From positions 50 through 64,049 of IMG/VR virus record IMGVR_UViG_3300013767_000193: 64,000 bases of DNA, one strand, 5' to 3'. Origin of the DNA: a virus. Shown piece after piece: positions 9,712 to 19,040 of this stretch; the first letter of the stretch is position 1, and every line of letters starts with the position of its first letter. A program made the position numbers and the translations under genes. The notes under the pieces are model-generated. The model did no database searches and was not told where the DNA came from. It was given only the letters and a program-made list of their open reading frames with translations.

Positions 9712-10368
9712 TTATTGTGCTTTGTAGTGTTCGCAATCCGTTACTGGGCACCAGCCTTTGCACAGTCCGCTCGGCCGTGCCGGCCACTGATCCTTCTCAT
9801 GCGCCAACTCCAGCCGACGCACACGTGGAGCGAACTCCTGCCAGATGATCGGCTGCTCCTCGCGGGTCCACACCTTCTTCGTGAGCTTGCGGTCCTTCAG
9901 CCACACGAAGCCGGTTTCAATCTTCTGCACCTGCGGCCAGTTAGCAAATCCGTAGCCAGCGTACAGCATAAGCTGTTCACTCGGCTTGAACTTGCCGGTC
10001 TTCCAGTCGACCATCACCGCCGCATCCTTATTGATCACGGTGAGGTCGACCTTGCCACGCGACCAGGCGCTCCAGTAGTCGCACGTCTCGAAGCTGCGGT
10101 CGACTGCCAGCTTCTTCTCAATCAGCTTCGTGCCGGGCAGGCGCGCGAACTGATCGACCAGCTTGGTCCACTGGCTCATGTTGTTGGGCAACGCATCGCC
10201 ATGCTCGATGCGATTCTCGAACGCTTTGTGCACAGCGTCCCCCCACTTCGTCGCCTCGGTCGCAACGAACGGAAAGCGTTTCAGCACGTACTTCGCGTGG
10301 AACTGACGCGGGCACGTCTCGTACCCTTCCAGGTGCGAATACGTCCACGCGCTCATGGCAGTTGGCAT
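9712..10368 (-). CDS. PD-(D/E)XK RecB/Cas4-like exonuclease
   Basis: CPRQ, GKVDL, VDWKTG, QLMLYA and C-terminal Cys cluster. Confidence 0.85.
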   Translation of the reverse strand: MPTAMSAWTYSHLEGYETCPRQFHAKYVLKRFPFVATEATKWGDAVHKAFENRIEHGDALPNNMSQWTKLVDQFARLPGTKLIEKKLAVDRSFETCDYWSAWSRGKVDLTVINKDAAVMVDWKTGKFKPSEQLMLYAGYGFANWPQVQKIETGFVWLKDRKLTKKVWTREEQPIIWQEFAPRVRRLELAHEKDQWPARPSGLCKGWCPVTDCEHYKAQ

Positions 10369-10481
10369 GTGGAGCTCCTATCTCAATGTAAGCAAACGTA
10401 ACCGGTGTGATACAAGGCCGGGTGATCTTATGCCATCGCCACAGCGGCCTCGACAAACAATTTGGGTAAACTTTCAAAAGT

Positions 10482-11108
10482 TTACCGGTTCTTCTGTTTT
10501 AGGAACGCCTGAGCCATCGCGGTGTTTGGTGCGCTTGGTGCCGTCACCTGCACAACGCGCCTGCGTTTGCGCAGATTGTGATCCGGCCGTGGCGTCTCGG
10601 CCAGCATCGCCTGTAGCTCCGCCGCCTTGTTCTGCCAGAACACCTCGATGAACGCCTTCTTGTCCTCGTGGGTGGGGTATTCCCCGAACTGTTGTTTTAC
10701 TTGCACAGTCCGGCTCTCCACATAGGCGTCGCGCTCTTCTAGCCACAGCGCCTGGACCTCATGGGCGAAGCGTGTGCGTTCGTCCAGACCCATCTTGTGA
10801 CCTGTCCGACGCTCCTCGAGCTCGACCGCCATCCTAAACCGCTTGCGCTGGGCAGCCATGTATAGCCGCTGGTATTCGTTGCGGTCGTCGTCTCGTTTGT
10901 AGGCTGCGACAGCGATGAGGTTCTCCATCGCTTGGAGGTTCTGCCGGCCGATCACCAGCAGCTCGTTTAGCACCTCGGCCTCATCCGTGTAGGGTAGGGC
11001 CCTCGGTCGCTTCACCTCCGTGCGCAGCCCGCGCACCCGATGTGGGAAATACGGTGTTTCCACCAGGTACTTCACCGCTTGGCGGGCGCGGTTCTGATCA
11101 TATTTCAT
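10482..11108 (-). CDS. Hypothetical helical phage protein
   Basis: ORF from MKYDQN, downstream of a sigma70-like promoter. Confidence 0.7.
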   Translation of the reverse strand: MKYDQNRARQAVKYLVETPYFPHRVRGLRTEVKRPRALPYTDEAEVLNELLVIGRQNLQAMENLIAVAAYKRDDDRNEYQRLYMAAQRKRFRMAVELEERRTGHKMGLDERTRFAHEVQALWLEERDAYVESRTVQVKQQFGEYPTHEDKKAFIEVFWQNKAAELQAMLAETPRPDHNLRKRRRVVQVTAPSAPNTAMAQAFLKQKNR

Positions 11109-11157
11109 GGTGCAAGCTCCCCAAACTAGGCATGGTCTTGTGTTTGTTGTACGAGAC

Positions 11158-11185
11158 AATATACACACTGATTTGGGGAAATCAA
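11158..11185 (-). promoter_or_regulatory. sigma70-like leftward promoter
   Basis: TTGATT-16bp-TATATT; GTGTGTATATTG is identical to 21441-21452. Confidence 0.65.
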
Positions 11186-11201
11186 CTCACATAATATTGC
11201 G

Positions 11202-13109
11202 TTACTTGCAATCTCCGTAGTTGTTACCCGATTCTGCCTCACAGTTAATAGGTAGTCCGGCCGCCCATTTGGGGACTTTTCGCATACATTGCAGCATCAT
11301 GTCGACAAGTTGCTCACGGAACTCGACCGGGCAGACGGCGATCACCTCATCATGTGTGGTCCCGACGACTTTGTGGCGTTTACGAGACACGCGGTCGTCC
11401 AGCTTCCGCAGCTGCTGGTCGATCATCCCCATTTGATTGAAGACGACGATGCGCGCCAGGGCCTGGACGACGTTCTCGACGATCTTGCCACCATACAGCT
11501 TGGTCCACCCGCTGCGGGATTTGTACTCGTAGCCGTCCTTGCCTCGCTTCAGCTCCGGGTAGCGGATCAACATACCGTTGGGTAGGTGGATGCCGTCCTG
11601 GTCCCACTTCAGGGGAATCCCCACGCCGATGTAGCTGGTGAATCCCCGCACGACGTTGCGCATGGCGTCGTCGCACTGCTTCCACAGCTTCGGGATCATG
11701 TGATACTTGCCACGGTACAGGTCAACAACCTGCTGCGCGAACGTCAGGCCGCCGGGGATCTTCTCCTTGCGCAGCTGCCGCTCGAAGTTATCGGCCCCCA
11801 TCCCGAACCCAAGGCCGAGCACAGCGGTCTTGCCCACGAAGCCTTCCTTGAACATCGGGAACACTTCCTTGCCGTCGACGATCTCCTTGAACTTCCGGTT
11901 GATCGGCCGCCCGTAGATGTCCGAGGCAAACTTGGAGTAGATGTCCACGCCGGCCGCGAAGTCATCCACCAGGTCCTGCTGTCCGGCCCACCAGGCCACC
12001 ACGCGCGCTTCGATGGCCGCCGAGTCGCAGGCCGCGACCACATGGCCAGGGGGCGCCTTCATCGCCTTGCGCAAGTTGCCACCGCGGGGCAGGTTCTGCA
12101 GGTTTACCTTGTCCCCCCCACTGCCGCGGCCCGTGTGCGCGCCGTAGTAGTTGTAGTAGATGGGTAGGGCACCGCGGTCACTGATGCCGATGAACGATTG
12201 CGTGCGGGTCTCTTCCAGGGTGGATTTGACCCCTAGGCGGGCGGCGACCACGGCTTGGACGCGGGGGTCTTCGTGTTCCAGCAGCGCCTTGAACCCCTCA
12301 TCCGTTTTGGAAAAGGCGTACGTGTAGACCGGCTCGCCCCCTGGGTTCGTCTTGGCGTTGGCGGTCTTCGCCACACTGATCTTTGTGGGTGGCTCGACCC
12401 CCAACTTCTCCAGGATCTGTGCGAGCTGGTCGTTGGACATCAGCCCGTCCTTGCCACACACCTGCTCGACGCGCGCCAGCAGCCGTTCCTTCTTGGCCTG
12501 CACCTCGTTGAGGTGCTCCCGCAGCGTGGTGCGGTCAAACTCGACCACCGGGTCCGTGAACATGCGGATAAGCATGTCGATGAGGTAGAGCTCCTGCGGC
12601 GTGCTGAACTGCTGCAGCACCTGGAACAGGATGTAGGTCAGCTCCACATCGTTGACACAGTAGCCGCCGTACTCCTGCAGCTGGCTCGGGGTAAAGTCGG
12701 CGTAGCGCATGCCCAGGGCCTTGATGACCTCGGTGCCCTTTTCGCCGAGCATGAACTTCTTCGCCAGCGCGGCGAGCGATACCCCCACGGTCTGCCCCGT
12801 CACCGGCCGCGCCATGGACATCGTGTCCAGCAGCATCGCCGGGTGGGTGTCGTAGTGCCAGGCCATGATAGCTGCGTCGAACGCCGTATGGTGGCAGAGC
12901 ACCTTGCGCTTCTCGAGCTGCAGTGACTTGATGTGCTTGCCCACCTCGGGGCCTGGCACCCAGTACGCGCGCTCGTCGTTGATCTTGAACCCGCACATGA
13001 TGGTCTCGAAGCGCGGGTCCCGGATGTAGGACTCCGTGGTCATCTTCGACAGGGAATAATCCTTCGCGTAGTGAGTCTCAAAATCTAGGGTCACGAGATC
13101 AGGCTGCAC
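11202..13109 (-). CDS. Family A DNA polymerase with 3'-5' exonuclease
   Basis: DFETHY, HHTAFD, YCVND; motifs CDSAAIEAR, KTAVLGLGFG, HDE. Confidence 0.93.
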   Translation of the reverse strand: MQPDLVTLDFETHYAKDYSLSKMTTESYIRDPRFETIMCGFKINDERAYWVPGPEVGKHIKSLQLEKRKVLCHHTAFDAAIMAWHYDTHPAMLLDTMSMARPVTGQTVGVSLAALAKKFMLGEKGTEVIKALGMRYADFTPSQLQEYGGYCVNDVELTYILFQVLQQFSTPQELYLIDMLIRMFTDPVVEFDRTTLREHLNEVQAKKERLLARVEQVCGKDGLMSNDQLAQILEKLGVEPPTKISVAKTANAKTNPGGEPVYTYAFSKTDEGFKALLEHEDPRVQAVVAARLGVKSTLEETRTQSFIGISDRGALPIYYNYYGAHTGRGSGGDKVNLQNLPRGGNLRKAMKAPPGHVVAACDSAAIEARVVAWWAGQQDLVDDFAAGVDIYSKFASDIYGRPINRKFKEIVDGKEVFPMFKEGFVGKTAVLGLGFGMGADNFERQLRKEKIPGGLTFAQQVVDLYRGKYHMIPKLWKQCDDAMRNVVRGFTSYIGVGIPLKWDQDGIHLPNGMLIRYPELKRGKDGYEYKSRSGWTKLYGGKIVENVVQALARIVVFNQMGMIDQQLRKLDDRVSRKRHKVVGTTHDEVIAVCPVEFREQLVDMMLQCMRKVPKWAAGLPINCEAESGNNYGDCK

Positions 13110-13548
13110 GTTTTACCTCCTCGTCGTAGATCGCGGCCTTGCTGAACACTTCATCGGTGACGCCCATGATTTCCCGGCGGGTGCACTGTGTCTGCATCTC
13201 GTCGGTAAACACCAACCCCCGGCCGATGATGCGGAACTGGTCGCCGTTCACGCCCATCTTCCGCAGCATCTCGTAGCGCAGCCACACCTCGCGCAGCGCC
13301 GCCAGCGCGTCGTCGATGTCAGACTTGAGCAGGGGGAACCACCGGTCCGCCAGGGTCAGGCCGACGTTCAATCGGCAGGCCAGCGTGTTCCAGGAAATCT
13401 CATCGCCGAGGCCCTCCCGCATCTTCTCCAGCTGCTGGTGGGGCACCATCTGCAACCTCCATGTGGCGTCCCGGCCCAGCGCGATGGTCTTGGGCAGGCA
13501 CTGCTGCTTCGGCCGATACTGCTTTCTCGGCCGCTTGTTGCCCGCCAT
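13099..13548 (-). CDS. Hypothetical phage protein
   Basis: 149 aa, basic N-terminus, good codon usage. Confidence 0.75.
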   Translation of the reverse strand: MAGNKRPRKQYRPKQQCLPKTIALGRDATWRLQMVPHQQLEKMREGLGDEISWNTLACRLNVGLTLADRWFPLLKSDIDDALAALREVWLRYEMLRKMGVNGDQFRIIGRGLVFTDEMQTQCTRREIMGVTDEVFSKAAIYDEEVKRAA

Positions 13549-13551
13549 GTG

Positions 13552-13863
13552 TCAGGTCTCCATCTTGTTGACGACCAGGCCGACCCGGATCTTGTCAATG
13601 GCGTCGTTCAGGTCGCAGGCGATGAACCGGCGAACCACCCCCTTGGAGACGCCGCGGGGGGTCAGCTTGACGATGTAGCCGTCGTCCACCTGCTCGAGAT
13701 CGATGCTCCAGTCCTCCCCACGTGGGGCGGCTTCGATCATGGTCCGCGGCCGAGCGGCAGCCCATGTGCTCGGGCCAAGGCCACCCCCCACCTGATGGTT
13801 AATGTGGCTATTCATCAGGTCCTGGGCGTACTTAGTTGGTATGCTGCTCGGATTCGCCAACAT
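13552..13863 (-). CDS. Hypothetical protein
   Basis: ORF in operon; start uncertain. Confidence 0.55.
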   Translation of the reverse strand: MLANPSSIPTKYAQDLMNSHINHQVGGGLGPSTWAAARPRTMIEAAPRGEDWSIDLEQVDDGYIVKLTPRGVSKGVVRRFIACDLNDAIDKIRVGLVVNKMET

Positions 13864-14074
13864 CTTTGCCCTCCGTCTCCAATTCAATCAATTTGGCCAG
13901 GTAGTGCTGCGCCTTCTTCAGGTCCTGCAGTCCCCCCTTCTCACGCCACCGGCTCACGTACTTGATGACGTTGCCCTCCAGGTAGGGGATGCCGTTGCGG
14001 GCGATGTAGTCCCAGGTCTCAATGGGCAACCGCTTGTAGTGGTCCCCGCCGATCTGGACGTTGTTCACGCTCAT
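13832..14074 (-). CDS. DUF3310 (gp1.7/SaV-like) protein
   Basis: GGDHY...IE...GNVIKYVSRW..KGG..DLKKA.HYL signature. Confidence 0.88.
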   Translation of the reverse strand: MSVNNVQIGGDHYKRLPIETWDYIARNGIPYLEGNVIKYVSRWREKGGLQDLKKAQHYLAKLIELETEGKDVGESEQHTN

Positions 14075-14340
14075 GCCAAACGCTCCTCGACGGCCTTCAC
14101 CGTCTTGTAGGCTTCAATGACTTCCGGGTGGTTGGTCATCAGCCACGAATAGACCGTGCGTAGATGGTTCAACTCCTCCCGGCATGTGTTGACCTCGCGC
14201 GAGGTGAGGGTGATGGCGTTGAACAACTGGCCCATCTGCGTCTGCACGTCGTCGCCCCATTGGATCATCTCGTTCGCCCCAAAGTACGGCATGCCGTGAT
14301 CTGGGTACTGCCTTGTAAACTCTCGCAGGCTGTGCATCAC
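14071..14340 (-). CDS. Hypothetical protein
   Basis: 89 aa, coupled junctions. Confidence 0.7.
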   Translation of the reverse strand: MMHSLREFTRQYPDHGMPYFGANEMIQWGDDVQTQMGQLFNAITLTSREVNTCREELNHLRTVYSWLMTNHPEVIEAYKTVKAVEERLA

Positions 14341-14507
14341 ATCCCCGACTGGTCGAACGTCTGCCGGCGCACCTCCTCGTACCGCGGTGCGAAGAAGGCA
14401 TGCGTACCGAAGTCAACCAGGGCGCCGAAGAAACCCAGCGCCGCGAGGGCGACAAGGGCGAGGAACGCCGCGAGGATCGTGGCGAGGACGGCAAGGATTG
14501 CTCTCAA
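14337..14507 (-). CDS. Small membrane protein (56 aa, TTG start)
   Basis: GGAGG SD; hydrophobic LRAILAVLATILAAFLALVALAALGFFG. Confidence 0.6.
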   Translation of the reverse strand: MRAILAVLATILAAFLALVALAALGFFGALVDFGTHAFFAPRYEEVRRQTFDQSGM

Positions 14508-14564
14508 ACTACACCTCCAATGTGTAGATGAAACCCACGTTATTTGCTAACGTGGGGACGGATG

Positions 14565-14813
14565 TTAGCATGTTTCATGCATGTCGTCGAGCACCTGGTT
14601 GAAGTGCTTGACGGCCTCGGCATGGTCAGATCGGATGCGCGGGATCGGGCCCAAACCAATGTATATCACCAGCACCGAGATCATCGACCGGGTCGCCCGG
14701 TTGAGCCGCTCGGCGGTCTCGCCAGACATCCGTTGGGCCGCCAGTTGCGCTTGGTGCACTCGCTGCAGTGCCTCGAGCATGTTCAAGGGGAACCCCTGGG
14801 TGGGTTGCGTCAT
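14565..14813 (-). CDS. Hypothetical protein
   Basis: GAGG SD before MTQPTQG. Confidence 0.55.
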   Translation of the reverse strand: MTQPTQGFPLNMLEALQRVHQAQLAAQRMSGETAERLNRATRSMISVLVIYIGLGPIPRIRSDHAEAVKHFNQVLDDMHETC

Positions 14814-14907
14814 AGGTCCTCTCGTATGGATCAAGCCCCATGTGGATCATCAGCTGGACCAGGCGGGACTCCACCCTGGCCAGGCGCTTCGATTCGGTTA
14901 TTCCCAT
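14626..14907 (-). CDS. Hypothetical protein overlapping the next gene
   Basis: MGITESKRLARVESRLVQLM; tail runs over 14565-14813 in another frame. Confidence 0.5.
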   Translation of the reverse strand: MGITESKRLARVESRLVQLMIHMGLDPYERTYDATHPGVPLEHARGTAASAPSATGGPTDVWRDRRAAQPGDPVDDLGAGDIHWFGPDPAHPI

Positions 14908-15098
14908 TAGGGCACCTCATTCAGTTGTGTGCGGATCTGCGCCGCACGATTCCATGTCAGGCGCACATCGGTGTGCGCGGCCTTGACGTAGTGCAGCTCG
15001 GCCTCAAGCGGGCACAGCATCGACCAGGTCGGCATCACTTTGCTGCGGTACTTCGGGGGCTCCATCGGCTTCACCGGTGTCATCTTCATCCTCGTCAA
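14907..15098 (-). CDS. Hypothetical protein
   Basis: 63 aa, GAGGA SD inside the upstream gene. Confidence 0.5.
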   Translation of the reverse strand: MTRMKMTPVKPMEPPKYRSKVMPTWSMLCPLEAELHYVKAAHTDVRLTWNRAAQIRTQLNEVP

Positions 15099-15651
15099 AT
15101 GCTGGGCTGGCTTCGAGCGTGGCGCGCACGGCCTCGTCGCTAGTCAGGTACTCCATTTCCTCGTACAGCTGGCGGTGCAGGTCCTTCGCATAGCCCCGGC
15201 AGAGGCCGGTCACTTCCTTTTCGAACCCACCCAGGTCAAACGCCTTGTACAGTTGTTGCTTGGCGATGTCCCGCAGGTCCTCGCTGTCAGTGTGCCAGTC
15301 GCACTCAACGTATAGCTCGGCATGCATCGAGTAGCTGTTGCCCCCGTGGCGGCGCAGCGTGACCTTGCCATCGAGCAGTCCCCACTGCGCGAACGTGCCC
15401 GCCTCGGGGTACTCCCGGGCCAGGTTCTGATGGGCGCTGAGGAGCTTCGCCAGGTCCAGGGTGGCTTCGAAGTTGCAGTCGTCCCCCTGGCAGTACCCGC
15501 ATGAGAACCTCAGCGACTCCATGTCGGGGTCGATGCCCCTGATGTGCAGGTCCGCGGCGAACTCCTCCCACACGTAGTCCCACCAGTCGTCATCTATGAC
15601 GTTAATGTAGCGGTGCTGCTCCAGCAGCGCGCCTGAGATGGCCTTGGCCAT
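15004..15651 (-). CDS. Acidic hypothetical phage/MGE protein
   Basis: DDWWDYV, FSCGYCQGD, LYEEMEYLTSDE pattern. Confidence 0.75.
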   Translation of the reverse strand: MAKAISGALLEQHRYINVIDDDWWDYVWEEFAADLHIRGIDPDMESLRFSCGYCQGDDCNFEATLDLAKLLSAHQNLAREYPEAGTFAQWGLLDGKVTLRRHGGNSYSMHAELYVECDWHTDSEDLRDIAKQQLYKAFDLGGFEKEVTGLCRGYAKDLHRQLYEEMEYLTSDEAVRATLEASPAFDEDEDDTGEADGAPEVPQQSDADLVDAVPA

Positions 15652-15674
15652 GGTTCACCTCCATGTCTCAGTGA

Positions 15675-15872
15675 TTAAGTTTCAAACGAGTTACCAGATA
15701 GCCGCCACTCCGTGCAGGCTAACTGCATAGCGTCGGGCAGCGAGATCGGGTAGTCCACCGGGAGGCTCTTCCACGGCATGCGCTCAATCGCGATGTCCAC
15801 CAGGTACCTCGGCTCCTTGTCCCTCTGCGTGACGCAGACGACCCGGACCTCCATGCGGATTGAGGACTTCAT
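15675..15872 (-). CDS. Small early protein
   Basis: 65 aa from MKSSIRM; coupled start. Confidence 0.6.
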   Translation of the reverse strand: MKSSIRMEVRVVCVTQRDKEPRYLVDIAIERMPWKSLPVDYPISLPDAMQLACTEWRLSGNSFET

Positions 15873-16087
15873 GGTGCACCCTTCCCGTGCTCCATGCGGT
15901 AGGCCACGCACGCAACGATTACGTGCTCTTTGACCTCCTCACAGGTGTCCCCCCGCCAGGTTTTATTGGAGTCCCATGCGCTGACGGCGAACCACTGCCC
16001 GCCGTAGCCCTCCCACACAATGGCGTAGCAGCCCTCGGCATTCTCGAGGGTCCAGTCTCCGTGCTCCTCCCGCCAGACCCAGTTCAT
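15869..16087 (-). CDS. Small early protein with C-terminal VAYRME motif
   Basis: 72-aa Trp-rich ORF. Confidence 0.65.
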   Translation of the reverse strand: MNWVWREEHGDWTLENAEGCYAIVWEGYGGQWFAVSAWDSNKTWRGDTCEEVKEHVIVACVAYRMEHGKGAP

Positions 16088-16088
16088 G

Positions 16089-16322
16089 TCACAGGTCCTC
16101 CCACTTCGCCACGTTGCGCGTCACGATCCCCTTCACCGGCTCCCGCTCGAACACGTATCGGCCGCGCCAGCCGTTGACGCTGAAGACCATGCTCGCTTTG
16201 CCCTGCAGCGACAGCGGTTGCCCGTGGTAGGGGCCACCCCGGCACACCATCTGTGTGCGGGCACCTGGGTCTTGGCGTTGGCGCCGCAGGTCGCGCTCCA
16301 GCTTCTCGATCCTGTCTTTCAT
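16089..16322 (-). CDS. Small early protein
   Basis: 77 aa from MKDRIEK, ATGA overlap with the VWA gene. Confidence 0.6.
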   Translation of the reverse strand: MKDRIEKLERDLRRQRQDPGARTQMVCRGGPYHGQPLSLQGKASMVFSVNGWRGRYVFEREPVKGIVTRNVAKWEDL

Positions 16323-17440
16323 CAGTGCTCCAACTCGAAGTGGATGTTGTCCCCGTACGGCGCGTTCACGTCGGAGCTGATGCACCACACCACCGGGAAC
16401 CCCGGCGCCTCCCCCCAACCCGTGTAACCATCCGTCAGGCACACGAACACCTCGGGCTCGATGCCCTGCTCGGCCACGTAGTCGAAGCCCGCCGGCATGT
16501 CCGTGCCGCCGCCGCGCATGAACTCCAGCTTGACCTCTTCGCCCTGCTCGAACGTCTGGTGCCGCACCACCTGGGTGTCGGTGTACAACACGTGCACCTT
16601 CTCCGGCTGGCACTGGTCAACGATGCGCGCCACATGCCCGTTGTACGCCGCCAGTTCGATCTCATTGATTGAGCCCGACACGTCGATCTGCAGCACGACC
16701 TCGCCCATGCTCGGCTGCTTGGCCGTGGCGGGCAGGTAGAACCCGCCGGACAGGTATCGCTTGTTGGGGCGATTCCATGATAGGTCCTGGCTGGTCATGC
16801 CCACCATGTACCGCTCGAGGATCTCGTGCCATGGGGTCTTCGATTCGAGGAAGTCCGCCACAAACTCAGACAACGCGCCGGACAGCTTGCCGCGCATCTT
16901 GGCGGCTTGGGCCGCCTCGGCGACCTCGATCTTGACCCGGGCCTCCATCTCTCGCGCCTCGCTCTCGCTGAGTGGCTTACCCTCGTCCAGGATGTCATCG
17001 CCCATGCCCCCCTGGCCGCCCTCACCCTCGCCGCCATCGTCCTCGGGCAGCTCGTCGTAGATTTGCTCGACGTACTTGTCCTTGCTGCCCGGCATGTTCA
17101 CGGTCCCCTCGATGGGGTCGCCGATCTTCGCGTTGGTCAGTGTGTCGTTGATCCATGCGTCGCCGGCGTAGTTCCACTTCTTGGCGTTGCGGTGGCCCTG
17201 GCGCGTGAAGTGCGAGCCGATGTAGTGGAACGTCTCATGCGCCAGTCCCCACACCAGTTGCTGCACGGTGAGCCCCTCGATGGTCTCCGGGTTGTAGTAG
17301 ATCGTGGCGCGCTTGTCGATGCCCAGGTACGGGATGTCCTTGCGCGGCTTCATCTCCCGGCGCAGCAGCACACTGGCGACGAACGGGTGATCCAGCACCA
17401 GGGCCGCCTTGGCCTTGTCCAGCTTCGATACTTTCTTCAT
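16322..17440 (-). CDS. DUF2201-type metallopeptidase-like plus VWA domain protein
   Basis: AHETFH (HExxH), WNYAGDAWIN, MIDAS-like IDVSGS, GGGTDM, LTDG. Confidence 0.88.
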   Translation of the reverse strand: MKKVSKLDKAKAALVLDHPFVASVLLRREMKPRKDIPYLGIDKRATIYYNPETIEGLTVQQLVWGLAHETFHYIGSHFTRQGHRNAKKWNYAGDAWINDTLTNAKIGDPIEGTVNMPGSKDKYVEQIYDELPEDDGGEGEGGQGGMGDDILDEGKPLSESEAREMEARVKIEVAEAAQAAKMRGKLSGALSEFVADFLESKTPWHEILERYMVGMTSQDLSWNRPNKRYLSGGFYLPATAKQPSMGEVVLQIDVSGSINEIELAAYNGHVARIVDQCQPEKVHVLYTDTQVVRHQTFEQGEEVKLEFMRGGGTDMPAGFDYVAEQGIEPEVFVCLTDGYTGWGEAPGFPVVWCISSDVNAPYGDNIHFELEH

Positions 17441-17464
17441 GTTGCTAACTCCTAAGTGAGTTGC

Positions 17465-17713
17465 TTACTTGCCGAGCTTCGCCGCGACGCGGGCCGCAAT
17501 AATGACGTCGCCCTCGAGCAGCTTGATGGCCGGGCCATCGTTGTCGATGGTCCACTCCTCGCCGGTGTCCGTGTGCTTGCGATCGAGCTTGACGAGGTTC
17601 GGCAGAACCGTCGAGGCAATCGACGCGGGAAAGGCCAGAAACTCATTCCAGCCCACGGACACCAGCACGTAGTTCTCGGTTGGTGCCGAGGATTTCTTCA
17701 TCGGTGCGTTCAT
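17465..17713 (-). CDS. Small early protein ending IAARVAAKLGK
   Basis: AAGGA SD, 82 aa. Confidence 0.65.
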   Translation of the reverse strand: MNAPMKKSSAPTENYVLVSVGWNEFLAFPASIASTVLPNLVKLDRKHTDTGEEWTIDNDGPAIKLLEGDVIIAARVAAKLGK

Positions 17714-17909
17714 GATTTCGATTTCCTTCTTCTAACCGAGCCAATGTTTGTCGCATCGCGGTCAACATCTCGCGCATGCGGACTGGGTTGCTCGTCCGGT
17801 ACTGGTCGATGACCTGCGGCGCAGCGCCAGCCAGCTTTAATTCAACCAACATGGTGGTGTGCCGCTCGATGGTCGATGCATACTTAACTGCGGCCTTTTT
17901 GTACGGCAT
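17643..17909 (-). CDS. Hypothetical protein
   Basis: 88 aa, 71-nt overlap with the next gene. Confidence 0.5.
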   Translation of the reverse strand: MPYKKAAVKYASTIERHTTMLVELKLAGAAPQVIDQYRTSNPVRMREMLTAMRQTLARLEEGNRNHERTDEEILGTNRELRAGVRGLE

Positions 17910-17918
17910 CCCAACCCC

Positions 17919-18095
17919 TCAAATTACGGTGACCCAGTGATGGAGTGGGGCCGCGCGCCCGTTGTGAATGCGCCCGCGCCAGGCGAGCACGTACGCCCGG
18001 GGCACCGGGCCCCAGGTCAGGGCATACTCGGCGATCCACACAGCCATGGCCTCCTTGTGCTTTCGGGCGTTTTTGCGCCGCTGCTTGCTGTTCAT
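17919..18095 (-). CDS. Small basic protein (58 aa)
   Basis: Hand-translated MNSKQRRKNARKHKEAM...; ATGA overlap. Confidence 0.5.
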   Translation of the reverse strand: MNSKQRRKNARKHKEAMAVWIAEYALTWGPVPRAYVLAWRGRIHNGRAAPLHHWVTVI

Positions 18096-18988
18096 GCCGC
18101 CCCCCCCATAAACGGCGCCAGCTTGTCCTGCAGCGCCTTCAGCCGATCCCGCGCGTTCTCGCGTACCACCTGCGACTCGCGCACCTGGTCCTTCATGCCG
18201 TTGATGCCCGCGATCAGCTTGCTCAGCTCGGTCGTCACGCTGACAATCTCCAGGTCGTCGTCGATGTTCAGCTTGCGCGCCAGCTCCACACCCTCGATGA
18301 CGTTCTCGATGGCAGAGTCTCGGAATATAGCCCCCGGTTCCCCGATTGTCACGGACAACTTGCTAACGAGGTGCCTTACTGGCTCTAACATCCGGCCGAT
18401 GCAGTCCCTCCGTGCGCTTCGTGCGACGTCGCGCATGGCGCCCTCGAACGCCTCCTTGTCCTCGTCGCCGATGTCGAACAGGAAGTGCGACGAGTCGGGC
18501 AGGGGGGAGAACACCAGGTCAAAGCCAATCGCCTGGCGGAACTGCTCTGCAGTGGGGTAGTCCGCCGGCGAGCTGCGCGTGGCGCCGGGGGCCTTGGCGC
18601 GAAATGATAGGTCCGCCAGCACATGCTGGTCCCAGTTCGCGGCGACCTGGTCGGCAGCCGACTCGGCGTGGGCGATGCGCATCTTCATCTCCTGCGTGTA
18701 CTCGAAGTACATCGCGTTCGGGAGGATGCGCGGGCCCTCATCGCTCCAAGGCATCGTGTGCTTCTTGTGCCAGGTGTACATCTCGTCGGCCGCCGCGAGG
18801 GCGCGGCGCACCGGGTTGTTCTTGTCGCGGAACAGCTTGGAGCTGACCACCAGCGAGGCGTCGTTAAGCTGCAGCTGCAGGATCTCCTCGGCATCGGCGT
18901 CGCGCCGGGTGAGGGTGGCCTTGCGCCGGGAGAGCTTCACCAGCACCGCCTTCTCGTTCAACGAGGTAACACGTACACGCATGTCCAT
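18092..18988 (-). CDS. DUF3150-like protein
   Basis: 298 aa, TMPWSDEGPRILP, YPTAEQFRQAIGF; lies between AAA and VWA genes. Confidence 0.6.
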   Translation of the reverse strand: MDMRVRVTSLNEKAVLVKLSRRKATLTRRDADAEEILQLQLNDASLVVSSKLFRDKNNPVRRALAAADEMYTWHKKHTMPWSDEGPRILPNAMYFEYTQEMKMRIAHAESAADQVAANWDQHVLADLSFRAKAPGATRSSPADYPTAEQFRQAIGFDLVFSPLPDSSHFLFDIGDEDKEAFEGAMRDVARSARRDCIGRMLEPVRHLVSKLSVTIGEPGAIFRDSAIENVIEGVELARKLNIDDDLEIVSVTTELSKLIAGINGMKDQVRESQVVRENARDRLKALQDKLAPFMGGAA

Positions 18989-19040
18989 GATGGACTCCTA
19001 AGTTAGTAAGTGACGGCCGTATAACATGCTAGCGTACTGC

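Noticed and set aside
14545-14570. HrcA CIRCE element
   Set aside because: Half-sites are in the opposite order and lack the CTC/GAG core and N9 spacing
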